From: Obrimoposthia wandeli
Taxonomy: Eukaryota
Assembly (NCBI GenBank): GCA_977020255.1
Contig: CDROCS010004085.1
Coordinates: 124,001 to 188,000 of the forward strand
DNA: 64,000 nucleotides
Reading direction: 5' to 3'
Below, in pieces: positions 1 through 10,111 of the stretch (the first letter of the stretch is position 1; each line of letters starts with the position of its first letter). The notes under the pieces were generated by a model. That model was not told the origin of the DNA and made no database searches. It was given only the letters and a program-made list of their open reading frames with translations. Both the position numbers and the translations under genes were made by a program.

Positions 1-513
1 GATGAAGGACCCGGACGGTTTGAAACTGGCACACAAAGTTTTGAGGCGTTAGCTGGATTTGTTGCTGCGGTGGATTATCTTGCGCAGTGGGGCGATCAAG
101 ATGCATCGTTACGTCAACGCTTATTAACGAGTTTTGTTCAATATCAAGAGCATGAAAAAGCCCTTAGTCATCATTTTTTAAGCAAGCTTGCAGAGTTTGG
201 TAACGTGAGTTTGTATGGAATTAATAGCCCAAACCGACTAAGTGAGCGCACACCAACTTTTGCGATACGGATTCATGATGTAATGCCATCAGATGTTGCG
301 GCACATCTTGGGCAAAAGAATATGTGTGTGTGGAATGGTCATTTTTACGCCCAAGGATTGTGTAAACAGTTAGGCGTAATGAATAACGGTGGCGTTATTC
401 GCATTGGTTTAATGCACTACAACACGATTGATGAAATTGATTCACTATTTACTGAGTTAGCGCCATTTCTAATAAAAAATAAGATAAATATAAAAACAAT
501 AAGATATAAATAG
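1..513 (+). CDS. Cysteine desulfurase-like protein (aminotransferase class V), 3' part; 5' end outside window
   Basis: Frame is open from base 1 (DEGPGRFETGTQSFEALAG...). Contains RFETGT, RTPTFA, GHFYA and IRIGLMHYNTIDEID motifs typical of this family. Confidence 0.85.
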   Translation, partial: DEGPGRFETGTQSFEALAGFVAAVDYLAQWGDQDASLRQRLLTSFVQYQEHEKALSHHFLSKLAEFGNVSLYGINSPNRLSERTPTFAIRIHDVMPSDVAAHLGQKNMCVWNGHFYAQGLCKQLGVMNNGGVIRIGLMHYNTIDEIDSLFTELAPFLIKNKINIKTIRYK

Positions 514-558
514 ATTCAAACAATGTCACAGGCTTGAAATTTCTAAAATAACGATAAA

Positions 559-605
559 GCCCTGCAAGTCTACCTCGTGAAGGTTTTACTTCAGGGCTGT
601 TTTTG
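559..605 (+). terminator. Probable intrinsic terminator after the desulfurase-like gene
   Basis: gccctg(c)aagt...acttcagggc stem followed by a T-rich run; the loop is large. Confidence 0.45.
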
Positions 606-824
606 TTAGCAATGAGTTTCCTTTCTCTTGCTATATAATGGCAACTAAGCAATCGATCAAATTGTGCCATTCGAGATATCACTAACACTTGATTTATTTG
701 AAAAATGTCAAAAAATCACACCATTAGTCTGCTCACGGTATAAAATTAACGGTAAGATGATTGAGAATATTATGTTGAAAGATACATAGACTCTATAAAT
801 AGAAAAATAAATGGTGAGTAGCAA

Positions 825-1016
825 ATGTTAAAATATATTGTATTGGCGTTAATTGGCTTTGGTATTTATATTGGTGTGACTTATCAAGACCAATTTTCAG
901 ATCTAACTAATTCCCGTTCATTCGAAGATGTTCAAGACGTCTATGAAGATGTTAAAGATCAAGCGATGGATGATTTTAGTAGCATTTCTGACAAGGTCGA
1001 AGACCTTCAGAATTAA
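825..1016 (+). CDS. Small hypothetical protein: N-terminal hydrophobic anchor and acidic tail
   Basis: 63-aa ORF with a TM-like N-terminus (YIVLALIGFGIYIGV), preceded by ggtgag and followed by a strong terminator. Confidence 0.7.
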   Translation: MLKYIVLALIGFGIYIGVTYQDQFSDLTNSRSFEDVQDVYEDVKDQAMDDFSSISDKVEDLQN

Positions 1017-1053
1017 TAGTAAACCTCGCTTGTAACTTGGGGCTGGATTCAAG

Positions 1054-1093
1054 AAAAAAGGTCGAGTCACTGAAAAGTGACTCGACCTTTTTT
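1054..1093. terminator. Bidirectional rho-independent terminator
   Basis: aaaaaaggtcgagtcact-gaaa-agtgactcgacctttttt, a perfect hairpin between convergent genes. Confidence 0.9.
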
Positions 1094-1153
1094 GTATTAT
1101 CTGAGGTATACGGTATTTTTATGTACCGTATTGTAAGAGACTGATTATGTAGT

Positions 1154-2485
1154 TTAGTGGCCGGCTACAATGTAGAAGTAGTAAATCATTGATGCAGCGA
1201 TAACATAAACAGACCAATGGTCTTCTTTATACCGACCTGTTGCGAGTTTTAGGAATGCGTACACTAACATTGCAGCGGCAATACCATTACCCGCATTAAA
1301 GCTAAATATACTCATGGCGACACAGACGAACGCAGGTAGGTATTCAGTAATATCGTCGTAGTTTACTTTCTTCATTGAACCCATCATTGAAATACCAATG
1401 TACATTAGAACGGGTGCCGTTGCGGCAGTAGGAATCATGCCAGCAAGTGGTGCTAAAAAGAGCGTTAAGGCAAAACAGCCAGCCGTTACAATGGCTGTGA
1501 GGCCTGTACGACCGCCAGCTTCAACACCAGCAGAACTTTCTACATAAGTGGTTAATACTGGGCATGAAAACAGTGCGCCAAATGTTGTTGCACAAGAATC
1601 GACATGGAAGTTTTTTTCTATACCCGGCAGATTCCCATCTTTATCTAAATATCCCGCTTGTGAGCCGACACCTAGAAGTGTGCCCAGTGTTGAGAAGAAA
1701 TCAGGAATAAAAAAAGCGAGCAAAAAAGGTAAATATACAGGGCTCAGTGCACCCATAACATCAAGCTGGAGGAACATACTATCGATAGAGCCTGGCATGC
1801 TAAAAAAGCTATCTGGAATACTGGTAATACCGAGAGGTAAACTAATTAATGTGGTGAGTAAGATAGCGATAATAATGCCACCCTGTATTTTTCGCGCCAC
1901 AAAAAAGAGTACTAAGAAAAAACCGAGCATGGCGACTAACGTATTCGTTGCTGCTAAATCACCAAAGATGAGCACATTCTTCTTTGGATCCGCAATAATA
2001 ACACCAGCTTGTTTAAAGCCCAACAACGCGATAAATAAACCAATTCCCACCCCTACAGACACTTTCACACTATGAGGAATAATACGCACAATAAAGTCTC
2101 TAACTCCTAGAAACGATACCAGCATAAAGAGCATGCCACTGATAAAGACAATGCCTGATGCAATACTCAAGGGGACATTGTTACCCAATAACGTGAATGA
2201 GAATATTGCCACACTGCCTAGACCAGGGCCAAGTACAAACGGTCGGTTGGTGTATATGCCCATCGCAACGGTTGTTAATACTGTCATTAGCACAGTGATT
2301 GTTAACGCTGTATCAAACGGTAAGCCACCTTTACTTAGCATACCTGGTACGACTGCAACCATGTAAGCCATGGTTGCAAAGGTAGTTAATCCGCCTATGA
2401 TTTCACTTTTTAAATTGGTTTTATTTCCTTTAAAGTCGAACCATTTGGCTAGACTAAACGTCGATTTCTTAACGACAGTTTCCAT
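1154..2485 (-). CDS. NCS2 (AzgA-like) purine nucleobase permease
   Basis: SEIIGGLTTFATMAY, PGLG, DFFSTLGTL and TTYVESSAGVEAGGRTGLTA motifs; many TM segments; start placed at the ATG after agaggga. Confidence 0.92.
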   Translation of the reverse strand: METVVKKSTFSLAKWFDFKGNKTNLKSEIIGGLTTFATMAYMVAVVPGMLSKGGLPFDTALTITVLMTVLTTVAMGIYTNRPFVLGPGLGSVAIFSFTLLGNNVPLSIASGIVFISGMLFMLVSFLGVRDFIVRIIPHSVKVSVGVGIGLFIALLGFKQAGVIIADPKKNVLIFGDLAATNTLVAMLGFFLVLFFVARKIQGGIIIAILLTTLISLPLGITSIPDSFFSMPGSIDSMFLQLDVMGALSPVYLPFLLAFFIPDFFSTLGTLLGVGSQAGYLDKDGNLPGIEKNFHVDSCATTFGALFSCPVLTTYVESSAGVEAGGRTGLTAIVTAGCFALTLFLAPLAGMIPTAATAPVLMYIGISMMGSMKKVNYDDITEYLPAFVCVAMSIFSFNAGNGIAAAMLVYAFLKLATGRYKEDHWSVYVIAASMIYYFYIVAGH

Positions 2486-2569
2486 GGTGTTCCCTCTGCA
2501 CATCGTGTTTATTGTGCTGTTTTAGGTTTGGTTGCAAATATTCAGTGCGACGAATGATTACTGCAAAAA

Positions 2570-3685
2570 TTAACGTCGGTATTGAATTAGCTGCTCTTGA
2601 GAGATAACGGGTTCTGCTATTAGTTTCGCCCGTAAATGATCAAACGTTTCTGACCATGAAATCCGCCATTGTTGTTTTTGTTGTTCTGTTACCCAGCTTG
2701 CCTCAATGCTGTTAAGCATCATTACGCGCAGGCTATCAAGGTCAAAACCGAAGTCTTCCACCATTACACGGTAGCAATTGGCGCTGGTGGTATTGTGAAT
2801 ATGCCAATCGTCAGTGCAAGGAATGATGTTTAAGCCCGCTTTTGCCATCGCACGAATAGGGTGTTTTTGACACCAATCTTTATGCTCTGGCCATTGTTTG
2901 AAGTAATAGGTATTTGACGGAATAACAGTAAATGGAACGCCTTTTTGCGCGTACTTTTTGGTTAATTCAGCATTATCTATGATGGTGTAACCGTGGTCGA
3001 TACGATCAACATTTATCAGTTCAATGCCCGTTTCAACATTTCGCCAATGTAAGCCGAATTCTGAGCAATGGGCAGTGAGTCGGTAATGATGTTGTTCTGC
3101 CAAGCGATACGCTTTCCAAAAATTTTCGACTGAAGCGTTATGTTCTTTATAGTCGATACCAATACCGAGCACATAAGGGTGAGGGTAGGCAATCATGTCG
3201 TTAACCATGTCGATTGCTGTCTCTGGTGATTTCTCTCGGTTAATCGACGGGATTAAACGAACAATTAGTCCCATGGTGTGTTCAACATGTTCAATGGCTT
3301 CTGCGAGCGCATCTGTCACTGTTTGGTAATTCATGTTTGAGTGCTCTGCAGGCAGGTCACTCGGGTTCCAGAATGTCTCTATATATTTTACACCGCAGGT
3401 ATGAGCATCTTCCGCTACTTCAACTAATACCTGAAAGTAATCTTCCGGCGTTCGCATTAAGCTATACAGCAATGTTAACGCTTCAATGCCACCTTTCATG
3501 TTACCAGTTTCATCTTGATGTGCGCGGTAATAGCACTTGGCATCCATTTCTGATAATTCAACATTGTATTTATCAGCCAATGCCAACATGGTGTTGAGTC
3601 GAACCCCGCCTAATAGATGGTAATGCAGATCTGCCTTAGGGAATTGATGATAAAAATCTGAAAGAGTGAGCGATTCTTGCTGCAT
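2570..3685 (-). CDS. Adenosine/adenine deaminase-family metallohydrolase (divergent)
   Basis: DLHYHL (HxH), TAHCSE (HxxE), RIDHG and CTDD metal/catalytic motifs. Confidence 0.88.
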   Translation of the reverse strand: MQQESLTLSDFYHQFPKADLHYHLLGGVRLNTMLALADKYNVELSEMDAKCYYRAHQDETGNMKGGIEALTLLYSLMRTPEDYFQVLVEVAEDAHTCGVKYIETFWNPSDLPAEHSNMNYQTVTDALAEAIEHVEHTMGLIVRLIPSINREKSPETAIDMVNDMIAYPHPYVLGIGIDYKEHNASVENFWKAYRLAEQHHYRLTAHCSEFGLHWRNVETGIELINVDRIDHGYTIIDNAELTKKYAQKGVPFTVIPSNTYYFKQWPEHKDWCQKHPIRAMAKAGLNIIPCTDDWHIHNTTSANCYRVMVEDFGFDLDSLRVMMLNSIEASWVTEQQKQQWRISWSETFDHLRAKLIAEPVISQEQLIQYRR

Positions 3686-3776
3686 TTTGAACCTTTTGAA
3701 TTGGGCGCAATCGTTTGCCTTTGATGTAAGTATCTATCGATAATTCCCTTCTGTGAAATGCAAATTTTGACATGTC

Positions 3777-3793
3777 AGTGCCGAAATGGCACT
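3777..3793. promoter_or_regulatory. Candidate LysR binding dyad (T-N11-A)
   Basis: AGTGCC-gaaat-GGCACT perfect dyad about 95 bp upstream of the deaminase start, next to a LysR gene. Confidence 0.5.
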
Positions 3794-3871
3794 AAGGCGG
3801 GAGATTAGAGCTGAAATCGTATTACTAATGATAAAGAACTTGTTGATTTGACGGCTATTCTACGTGCTCTG

Positions 3872-4795
3872 TTAGGGCGTATCCCATGGTGTTGTTAGCT
3901 GCCAATGCGTAAGAAGTTGCTCTTTTAATATATTCCATACTGCTTCGGCATCATTATGTAGTGGGGAGCCATTACGGTATAAGCGGATTTGGTATGGAAT
4001 ACGGTATTGTATGAGATCAATCGCAACGAGCTGACCATTGGCCAGTTCTTGCTGAATGAGCGTATCGGGTAACCAAGCAATGCCTTTGCCTCGGAGTGCC
4101 ATTTCTTTGTGTAATTGGCACATTGATGACTCAAACACAGGGTAGGTATTTAATGCCGTGAGTTCGGGCTGCTTTTGCTCGATTAACCGAGCGCTGTACG
4201 ATTCAGAGCTATAGCGTAAAATGGGTACACTGTCTGTTTGGGGTGAAAATTTCACTTCCCCATCTGAATTCGTGGCAGATACTAATAAGAAATCGCCTTG
4301 CCCCAAGCATAAGTTCTTAAAAGGGGGTTGCAGCAAAGAGAGAATCTCAAACCCCAGTAAAAAATCACAATCACCTTCACTCAGCGATTGCACTGCATAG
4401 TCTACACGTAAAATATCGACTGAAAATTGAGCGCTAACTTCACTCTCTTCTAAGTGATGAATCAGATCTAACAATGTTGGCGATGAAAGCGAATGGGGTG
4501 TCGCAATCCTAATAGGGTTAAGTAATGGTTTCTCTATGCCATTTAGTAATTTTAAACCGTCTTCCATTTGGGAAACGATGTTACGGGCAATAGTGCGGAA
4601 CTGACGCCCTACTGGCGTTAGGCTAATAGGCGTCGTCGAGCGATTTACTAAAGTTTGCCCTACTGCTTTTTCGAGTGCGCGAATGTGTCGACCAAATGCA
4701 GGCTGGGTGATATGACGCGCTTCAGCAGCGCGCGAGAAATGCTGCATCTCTGCTAATTGTAGAAAGTCTTCCAGCCATTTCGTATCTAAACTCAT
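3872..4795 (-). CDS. LysR-family regulator (HypT/YjiE-like N-terminus)
   Basis: DTKWLEDFLQLAEMQHFSRAAEARHITQPAFGRHIRALE helix-turn-helix; C-terminal substrate-binding domain. Confidence 0.92.
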   Translation of the reverse strand: MSLDTKWLEDFLQLAEMQHFSRAAEARHITQPAFGRHIRALEKAVGQTLVNRSTTPISLTPVGRQFRTIARNIVSQMEDGLKLLNGIEKPLLNPIRIATPHSLSSPTLLDLIHHLEESEVSAQFSVDILRVDYAVQSLSEGDCDFLLGFEILSLLQPPFKNLCLGQGDFLLVSATNSDGEVKFSPQTDSVPILRYSSESYSARLIEQKQPELTALNTYPVFESSMCQLHKEMALRGKGIAWLPDTLIQQELANGQLVAIDLIQYRIPYQIRLYRNGSPLHNDAEAVWNILKEQLLTHWQLTTPWDTP

Positions 4796-4840
4796 CAGTT
4801 TTATCTCTAATATGGGTATCAAGATTATAAAGAAACAAAA

Positions 4841-4870
4841 AAAAGCGGCAACCTAATGGTTACCGCTTTT
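4841..4870 (-). terminator. Terminator downstream of sstT
   Basis: aaaagcggcaacc-taat-ggttaccgctttt hairpin; the adjacent long A run reads as poly-U on the minus strand. Confidence 0.8.
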
Positions 4871-4899
4871 CATGTCGATTACGTTGTTACCTACGTTTA

Positions 4900-6135
4900 T
4901 TACGCAACGTGAGGTGATGCAACTTTCGCTTCAGCAGCTTTACAAGCAGCGGCGGTGAAAAGAACATCTGTTGAGCTGTTTAGTGCTGTTTCAGCTGAAT
5001 CTTGAATAACACCAATGATAAAGCCAACAGCGACAACTTGCATTGCCACTTCGTTTGGAATACCAAACAAGCTACATGCTAGTGGGATAAGTAGTAGAGA
5101 ACCACCTGCCACACCAGATGCTCCACAAGCAGAAACGGCTGCGACAACACTTAATAGTACTGCTGTTGCGATATCAACTTCCACGCCCATCGTGTGAACA
5201 GCAGCAAGCGTTAATACTGTAATCGTAATTGCAGCGCCCGCCATGTTGATTGTTGCACCTAGTGGGATAGATACAGAGTATGTATCTTCGTGCAGGTCTA
5301 AATCTTTACACAGCTGCATGTTTACCGGAATGTTTGCTGCAGAGCTACGTGTGAAGAAGGCTGTAATACCACTTTCACGGATACAACGGAAAACCAATGG
5401 GTATGGGTTTTCTTTTGTTTTAAAGAAAACAATCGCAGGGTTAACCACTAACGCAATAACTGCCATAGAGCCAAGCAGTACAGCAAGTAAGTGTGCGTAA
5501 CCTGCTAGTGCAGCAAAACCTGTTTCAGCAAATGTGTTAGCAACCAGACCGAAAATACCGATTGGTGCTAAGCGAATAACAAAACGAACAATCAATGTTA
5601 CGCCGTTAGACATGTCGTGGAACACTTGCTTAGTTGCATCACTTGCTTGGTGCAGTGCAAAACCAAGTGCAACAGCCCATGCAAGAATACCAATGAAGTT
5701 ACCTGTCATTAGTGCATTTACAGGGTTATCAACAACTTTAAATAAAAGCGTGTTAAGAACTTCAACAATACCTTCAGGTGGTGATGCAGTCGCGTTGCCA
5801 GCAACAAGCGTTAAAGTGGTTGGGAAAAGGAAGCTCATTACTACTGCTGTTAATGCTGCCATTAGTGTACCGAAGAGGTACAACATAATAATTGGCTTCA
5901 TGTTCGTGTGCGCACCTTTCTTTTGGTTTGCAATCGAAGACGCGACAAGAATGAAGACCAAAATAGGTGCTACAGCTTTAAGTGCACTAACAAATAAACC
6001 ACCAAGGAAACCAACACTGATTGCTGATTCTGGTGCTACAGACGCAAGGAGAATACCTGCGACGATACCAACGATAATTTGGATAACCAAACTTCCGCTA
6101 GCGACTCGGGCTAAAAATGGTTGTGTTTGACTCAT
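4900..6135 (-). CDS. sstT: Serine/threonine transporter SstT (DAACS family)
   Basis: [41 protein letters not shown] and [13 protein letters not shown] motifs. Confidence 0.95.
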   Translation of the reverse strand: MSQTQPFLARVASGSLVIQIIVGIVAGILLASVAPESAISVGFLGGLFVSALKAVAPILVFILVASSIANQKKGAHTNMKPIIMLYLFGTLMAALTAVVMSFLFPTTLTLVAGNATASPPEGIVEVLNTLLFKVVDNPVNALMTGNFIGILAWAVALGFALHQASDATKQVFHDMSNGVTLIVRFVIRLAPIGIFGLVANTFAETGFAALAGYAHLLAVLLGSMAVIALVVNPAIVFFKTKENPYPLVFRCIRESGITAFFTRSSAANIPVNMQLCKDLDLHEDTYSVSIPLGATINMAGAAITITVLTLAAVHTMGVEVDIATAVLLSVVAAVSACGASGVAGGSLLLIPLACSLFGIPNEVAMQVVAVGFIIGVIQDSAETALNSSTDVLFTAAACKAAEAKVASPHVA

Positions 6136-6346
6136 AATATATCCTGCATATTTTATAGTTATATATCGGAGCGTTTTATTTCGCTCTCAGGCCAATTTTT
6201 AACAGGATCTGCGATAGATTACCAGCTATCTTTTTAGAAACTTTTGCATTACAAGCTTTTAACCTTATTTGTTGTGATGTAAGTAACCAATGGGTTTTAA
6301 ATGGGATAGATGATTTTTTTGAGACGTGACTTTAATGACTATTGTT

Positions 6347-6377
6347 AAAAAAGCTCATGTTTTTAGCATGAGCTTTT
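6347..6377 (-). terminator. Terminator after the moxR/bat operon
   Basis: aaaaaagctcatg-tttttag-catgagctttt hairpin. Confidence 0.8.
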
Positions 6378-6410
6378 GAGGGTAAACCTATCATTCGTTT
6401 GAATGATTAT

Positions 6411-8138
6411 TCAGGGTTTTGTTGGAACGAGTTCCTCCAGCGCCGAAGATTGCGATGATTGGGCTGAATGATTGCGTGCTTGTTGTAATAAAGACAGTAA
6501 TGTTGCGTTGTTCCATACTGCGCTGTTATTACCTTCTTGGCTGCGTTTACTATAAATAGCAGCCATCATATTCGCGACTTCCTGATCCATCTGAGTCACT
6601 AGACCATCAGGTAAAGAATGTTTAACCCACTGTTGATAATAGGTTTGCACTTTGAGTGCATCATTCGCAGTTACCGCTTGTACTAACCGGCTGTAACTAT
6701 CTGACGATATGGCCGTATTCTTAGGTGATGCGTTAGCAGCAGGCGCTACGTTTTTTCTCGCACGTAACCAAAGCAGTAGCGTTATTACCCATAGGGTGGC
6801 AAAGGTAGCCGTTAGCCAAGGCCACCAACCAGAATCGGTAACCACGGTTATTTCAGTAGGCTTTGCTTCAGTTGTGGGTTGGCTATCAGGTAAAGCTGGC
6901 ACCATAGGCGTACTGACTGTATTCGCGTTATCACCCGGCAATACCGTTAATGTTAGCCCATCCACTTTACTGGTTTCCTGGGTGCCTGTAATTGTATTCC
7001 ACCAGTTGATTGATAGTTTAGGTAGAACGAGCGAACCATCTTTACGCGGAATAATAACTTGTTTTACCGTCATGCTAGTGAAGCCATTGTTACTGCTGTA
7101 CACCGGTTTTTCGTCATACACTCTGACTGAGCTAGGGTAGGTTAATGCTAGATTCGGCATACTGCTTTGGGCGGTATTTTTAATGTGTAACGTGATGACG
7201 CGTGTGATTGGCTCACCCACATGAATGTTATTTAATTGCGATGATCCTTGTTGTGGCTGCCATTGCTGTTCAATTTTTAGCTCTGGGGTTGGTAACCACA
7301 AGCCTTGATAATCATCTGGCTTGCCTTTGATATTCAGTGTGATTTCTTTTGCTTTTTTATCAACAGGCACACTTAATGTTGAGCCAAAACCACGACTGCC
7401 TTTTACAACACTTCCTTTAAATTGCGCCCCCTCTAACGTAATTGTGCCTGCCTTGGTAGCACTAATTTGGTAATAGCGAGTAATCACTATATATCGGCGT
7501 CCGTTAAGCACCGTTTCTGCTTGTCTATCATCACCATCTTGCACAATATCAAGGCCGTCACCAAATGGCGCAACTAAAGCTGCTTGATCCATTTGCTCTC
7601 CGATTCGAATTTGAACTCGATAGCGTAAACTTTCACCTACGTATAGCTGACGTTTATCTATTTCAGCATCTACTTTAATGTCGGGCTCTGTCGATTTAGC
7701 GGCAGTATTTGCGTTACTACTTTTTAAGGACGTGATGGTAATGGGTTCGGTAGTGGAGCTGCCAATGCGAAAGCTCGGTATAGTCAATTCACCAATTGCC
7801 TTGGTTGCTATAGCCACTTTCCACTGTGTATTACGTGAAACCACCCCGTTATTGAATGAATTTATGCTGCTGACGCTAGGGCGTCCATAGGTGAAATCGG
7901 TTTCAAGCGGTGATAAATCCAGAGAGTTAGTGTTTATATTGGCATCGACAGAGACGACTAATTGAAATACTTCATTCACACCCACAATATTTTTAGACAC
8001 CGTTGCCACAGCTTGTGCGGCTGAAGCGGCTGTGGGTAGTGAGCCGATAACGAATAGCAGTACCCCTAAAAAACGGATAGTCGGGCGCTTTAACTGAAAA
8101 TAACGTTTCATCATTTTGTTCATTGTTTTTATCACCAT
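6411..8138 (-). CDS. BatD-family protein
   Basis: Signal peptide, repeated beta-rich BatD-like segments (WWNTITG), C-terminal TM segment; last gene of the MoxR-VWA operon. Confidence 0.85.
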   Translation of the reverse strand: MVIKTMNKMMKRYFQLKRPTIRFLGVLLFVIGSLPTAASAAQAVATVSKNIVGVNEVFQLVVSVDANINTNSLDLSPLETDFTYGRPSVSSINSFNNGVVSRNTQWKVAIATKAIGELTIPSFRIGSSTTEPITITSLKSSNANTAAKSTEPDIKVDAEIDKRQLYVGESLRYRVQIRIGEQMDQAALVAPFGDGLDIVQDGDDRQAETVLNGRRYIVITRYYQISATKAGTITLEGAQFKGSVVKGSRGFGSTLSVPVDKKAKEITLNIKGKPDDYQGLWLPTPELKIEQQWQPQQGSSQLNNIHVGEPITRVITLHIKNTAQSSMPNLALTYPSSVRVYDEKPVYSSNNGFTSMTVKQVIIPRKDGSLVLPKLSINWWNTITGTQETSKVDGLTLTVLPGDNANTVSTPMVPALPDSQPTTEAKPTEITVVTDSGWWPWLTATFATLWVITLLLWLRARKNVAPAANASPKNTAISSDSYSRLVQAVTANDALKVQTYYQQWVKHSLPDGLVTQMDQEVANMMAAIYSKRSQEGNNSAVWNNATLLSLLQQARNHSAQSSQSSALEELVPTKP

Positions 8139-10111
8139 GAATTTTCGGTAGCTTTAGGTGCTTGTTTTTGTCTGGCTTGCAGTAGCAGTTGAGCACGAAT
8201 AAGACCGCTCGTATTGTCGGGTACTTGCTCGAGTTTCTTTAGCACAGGATTGCTGGCTGATAAGGGATTAGCATTGTTGTTTTCTGGGCTATTTTTTATG
8301 TCGTTACTGTCTGCGGGCACAGCTTTTATCTTTTTGCCAGCATCATTTTTCTTACCATCTTTTGATGAACCTTGTTGCTGAGCAATGTTATCTTCGTCAC
8401 TTGGTTCATTGCTATTGGCTTCATTGGTTTGTTGATTTTGGCTTGGTGAGTCATTAGCGCTAGCATCTTGATCACTTTGTTTTTCGTTTTGTTGCTGGCT
8501 ATCTTGCTGTTGATCTTTCCCTTTTTGCTGTTTCTTTTGATCAGAATTTTGCTGGTCTTTATTTTGTTGACCGTTTTTTTGTTGATCTGCCCTTTCTTGC
8601 TTTTGATCGTTATCTTGCTGAGAGTCAGATTGATCTGATGGTGATTGCTGATTATTGCTGTCATCAGACTTACCTTGTTTTGAATCGGATTGTTGATTCT
8701 TTTGTTCCGACTTGTTTTTATCAGCCTTGTTTTTATCTGAGTTGCTCTTGTCTGAGTTGTTTTGCTCCGATTTTTGCTGCTGTTGCTGTTCTTGCGCTTT
8801 TTTCACTATTTCAAGATTCTTTTTTGCATCAGCGTCATTAGGATCATCTTTTAAGATTGATTCATAAATAGCTTCTGATTCCTCAAGCTTCCCTGTTTGT
8901 GCGTAAGCATTCGCTAAGTTATAACGTGATCTTTGATCGGTTAATGGCTTTAAGGTTTCAATGGCTTTTTCGTAGTCGCCTGACTTGTATTCAGCAATCC
9001 CTTTCCAAGCGGGAGAATTAAAGTTTCTTGCGGCTTCTGCAAAGTTACCTTGTTCATAAAGTTGATAACCGCGCAGATTACTGTTTACCCAAGGGGAAGC
9101 ATATGCATTATCGATGGGCATTAATACGAACATTGCAGCAATCACTACACCACGTCGAAATCCAAGTAGTGCTAATAAAACCAGTGGAAGTAACAGCCAA
9201 AAGCCATTGTTTACACGTTCTTCTAATTCTTTAGTTTTATCTAAATTGGCTTGTTCTCGCGGTTTAGCCGTTAATGCCACAATGGTGTCGACATCACGGT
9301 TATTGGCTTGAGATAACTGCAAGTTTCCCCCCGTTTCTTTTATTAGGGGGAGCAGAGTATCTACCTCTACGCGGGAAATAACAGGGTTACCATTACTGTT
9401 ACTTAATAATGTACCATCCGGTTGTTTGATGGGCGCGCCTTGCTGTGTACCTATGGCTAATATCGATAAGCGGTAAGCCTCATCTTTGACTAAAGCCATG
9501 GTCTGCTCGGATTCTTGTTGGCTCATACCATCGGTAATCATAATAATGTCACCGGCTTGATGCCCCGCTTGTTTTAATAGTGTAATGGCTTCTTGTACAC
9601 CGGCTGCTGCGTTACTGCCTTGAATTGGCATGATCTCTGGCGATAAATTTGGGATCAAATTCTTCAAGGTGCTGCTGTCTTCGGTGAGTGGGCTAACCAC
9701 ATACCCATCAGCAGCGTAAGCGACTAAACCTGTGCTACCTTCTTTCCAGCCCGGCAACATATCTAAGGCCTTAAACCGTGCCTGTGTTAAGCGGTTTGGA
9801 GCAATATCTGTTGCGTACATTGATGTCGACATGTCCATTACCAATACTCGCGCACCAGAAAGGCTATAAGCGGGTAGGGTATTTTTTTGCCAACTCGGTC
9901 CCGCTAATGCGAGTACTGCTATTAACCAACCCAGCGCTAAGATAGCGAAAGGAGTATTTTTCACCTTGCCTCGTTCAAGCCCTAAATGCTTAGCAAGGTG
10001 CGGTGCAATCAATCCTGAATGGTGTGCTTTACCTTTTAACCAAGGCAAGATTAGCCCTAAAGGAATTAGAGCGAAGAACCAATACGGATGCAGAAAAGTA
10101 AAATTAGCCAC
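8132..10111 (-). CDS. VWA + TPR domain protein (BatB/C-like) with long Q/N/D/K-rich linker
   Basis: DMSTSM MIDAS, PNRLTQAR, ITDG, TPR segment (YNLANAYAQTG..DAKKNLE) and a low-complexity tail. Confidence 0.9.
   Translation of the reverse strand: MANFTFLHPYWFFALIPLGLILPWLKGKAHHSGLIAPHLAKHLGLERGKVKNTPFAILALGWLIAVLALAGPSWQKNTLPAYSLSGARVLVMDMSTSMYATDIAPNRLTQARFKALDMLPGWKEGSTGLVAYAADGYVVSPLTEDSSTLKNLIPNLSPEIMPIQGSNAAAGVQEAITLLKQAGHQAGDIIMITDGMSQQESEQTMALVKDEAYRLSILAIGTQQGAPIKQPDGTLLSNSNGNPVISRVEVDTLLPLIKETGGNLQLSQANNRDVDTIVALTAKPREQANLDKTKELEERVNNGFWLLLPLVLLALLGFRRGVVIAAMFVLMPIDNAYASPWVNSNLRGYQLYEQGNFAEAARNFNSPAWKGIAEYKSGDYEKAIETLKPLTDQRSRYNLANAYAQTGKLEESEAIYESILKDDPNDADAKKNLEIVKKAQEQQQQQKSEQNNSDKSNSDKNKADKNKSEQKNQQSDSKQGKSDDSNNQQSPSDQSDSQQDNDQKQERADQQKNGQQNKDQQNSDQKKQQKGKDQQQDSQQQNEKQSDQDASANDSPSQNQQTNEANSNEPSDEDNIAQQQGSSKDGKKNDAGKKIKAVPADSNDIKNSPENNNANPLSASNPVLKKLEQVPDNTSGLIRAQLLLQARQKQAPKATENSW

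Noticed and set aside
470-513. AT-rich quasi-repeat forming the basic tail of the desulfurase-like protein
   Set aside because: Probably a trivial stop-codon shift into AT-rich sequence; no further evidence.
8300-8800. Q/N/D/K-rich low-complexity stretch with quasi-repeats in the VWA-TPR gene
   Set aside because: Typical disordered linker of BatB/C-type proteins; not a repeat array or CRISPR.
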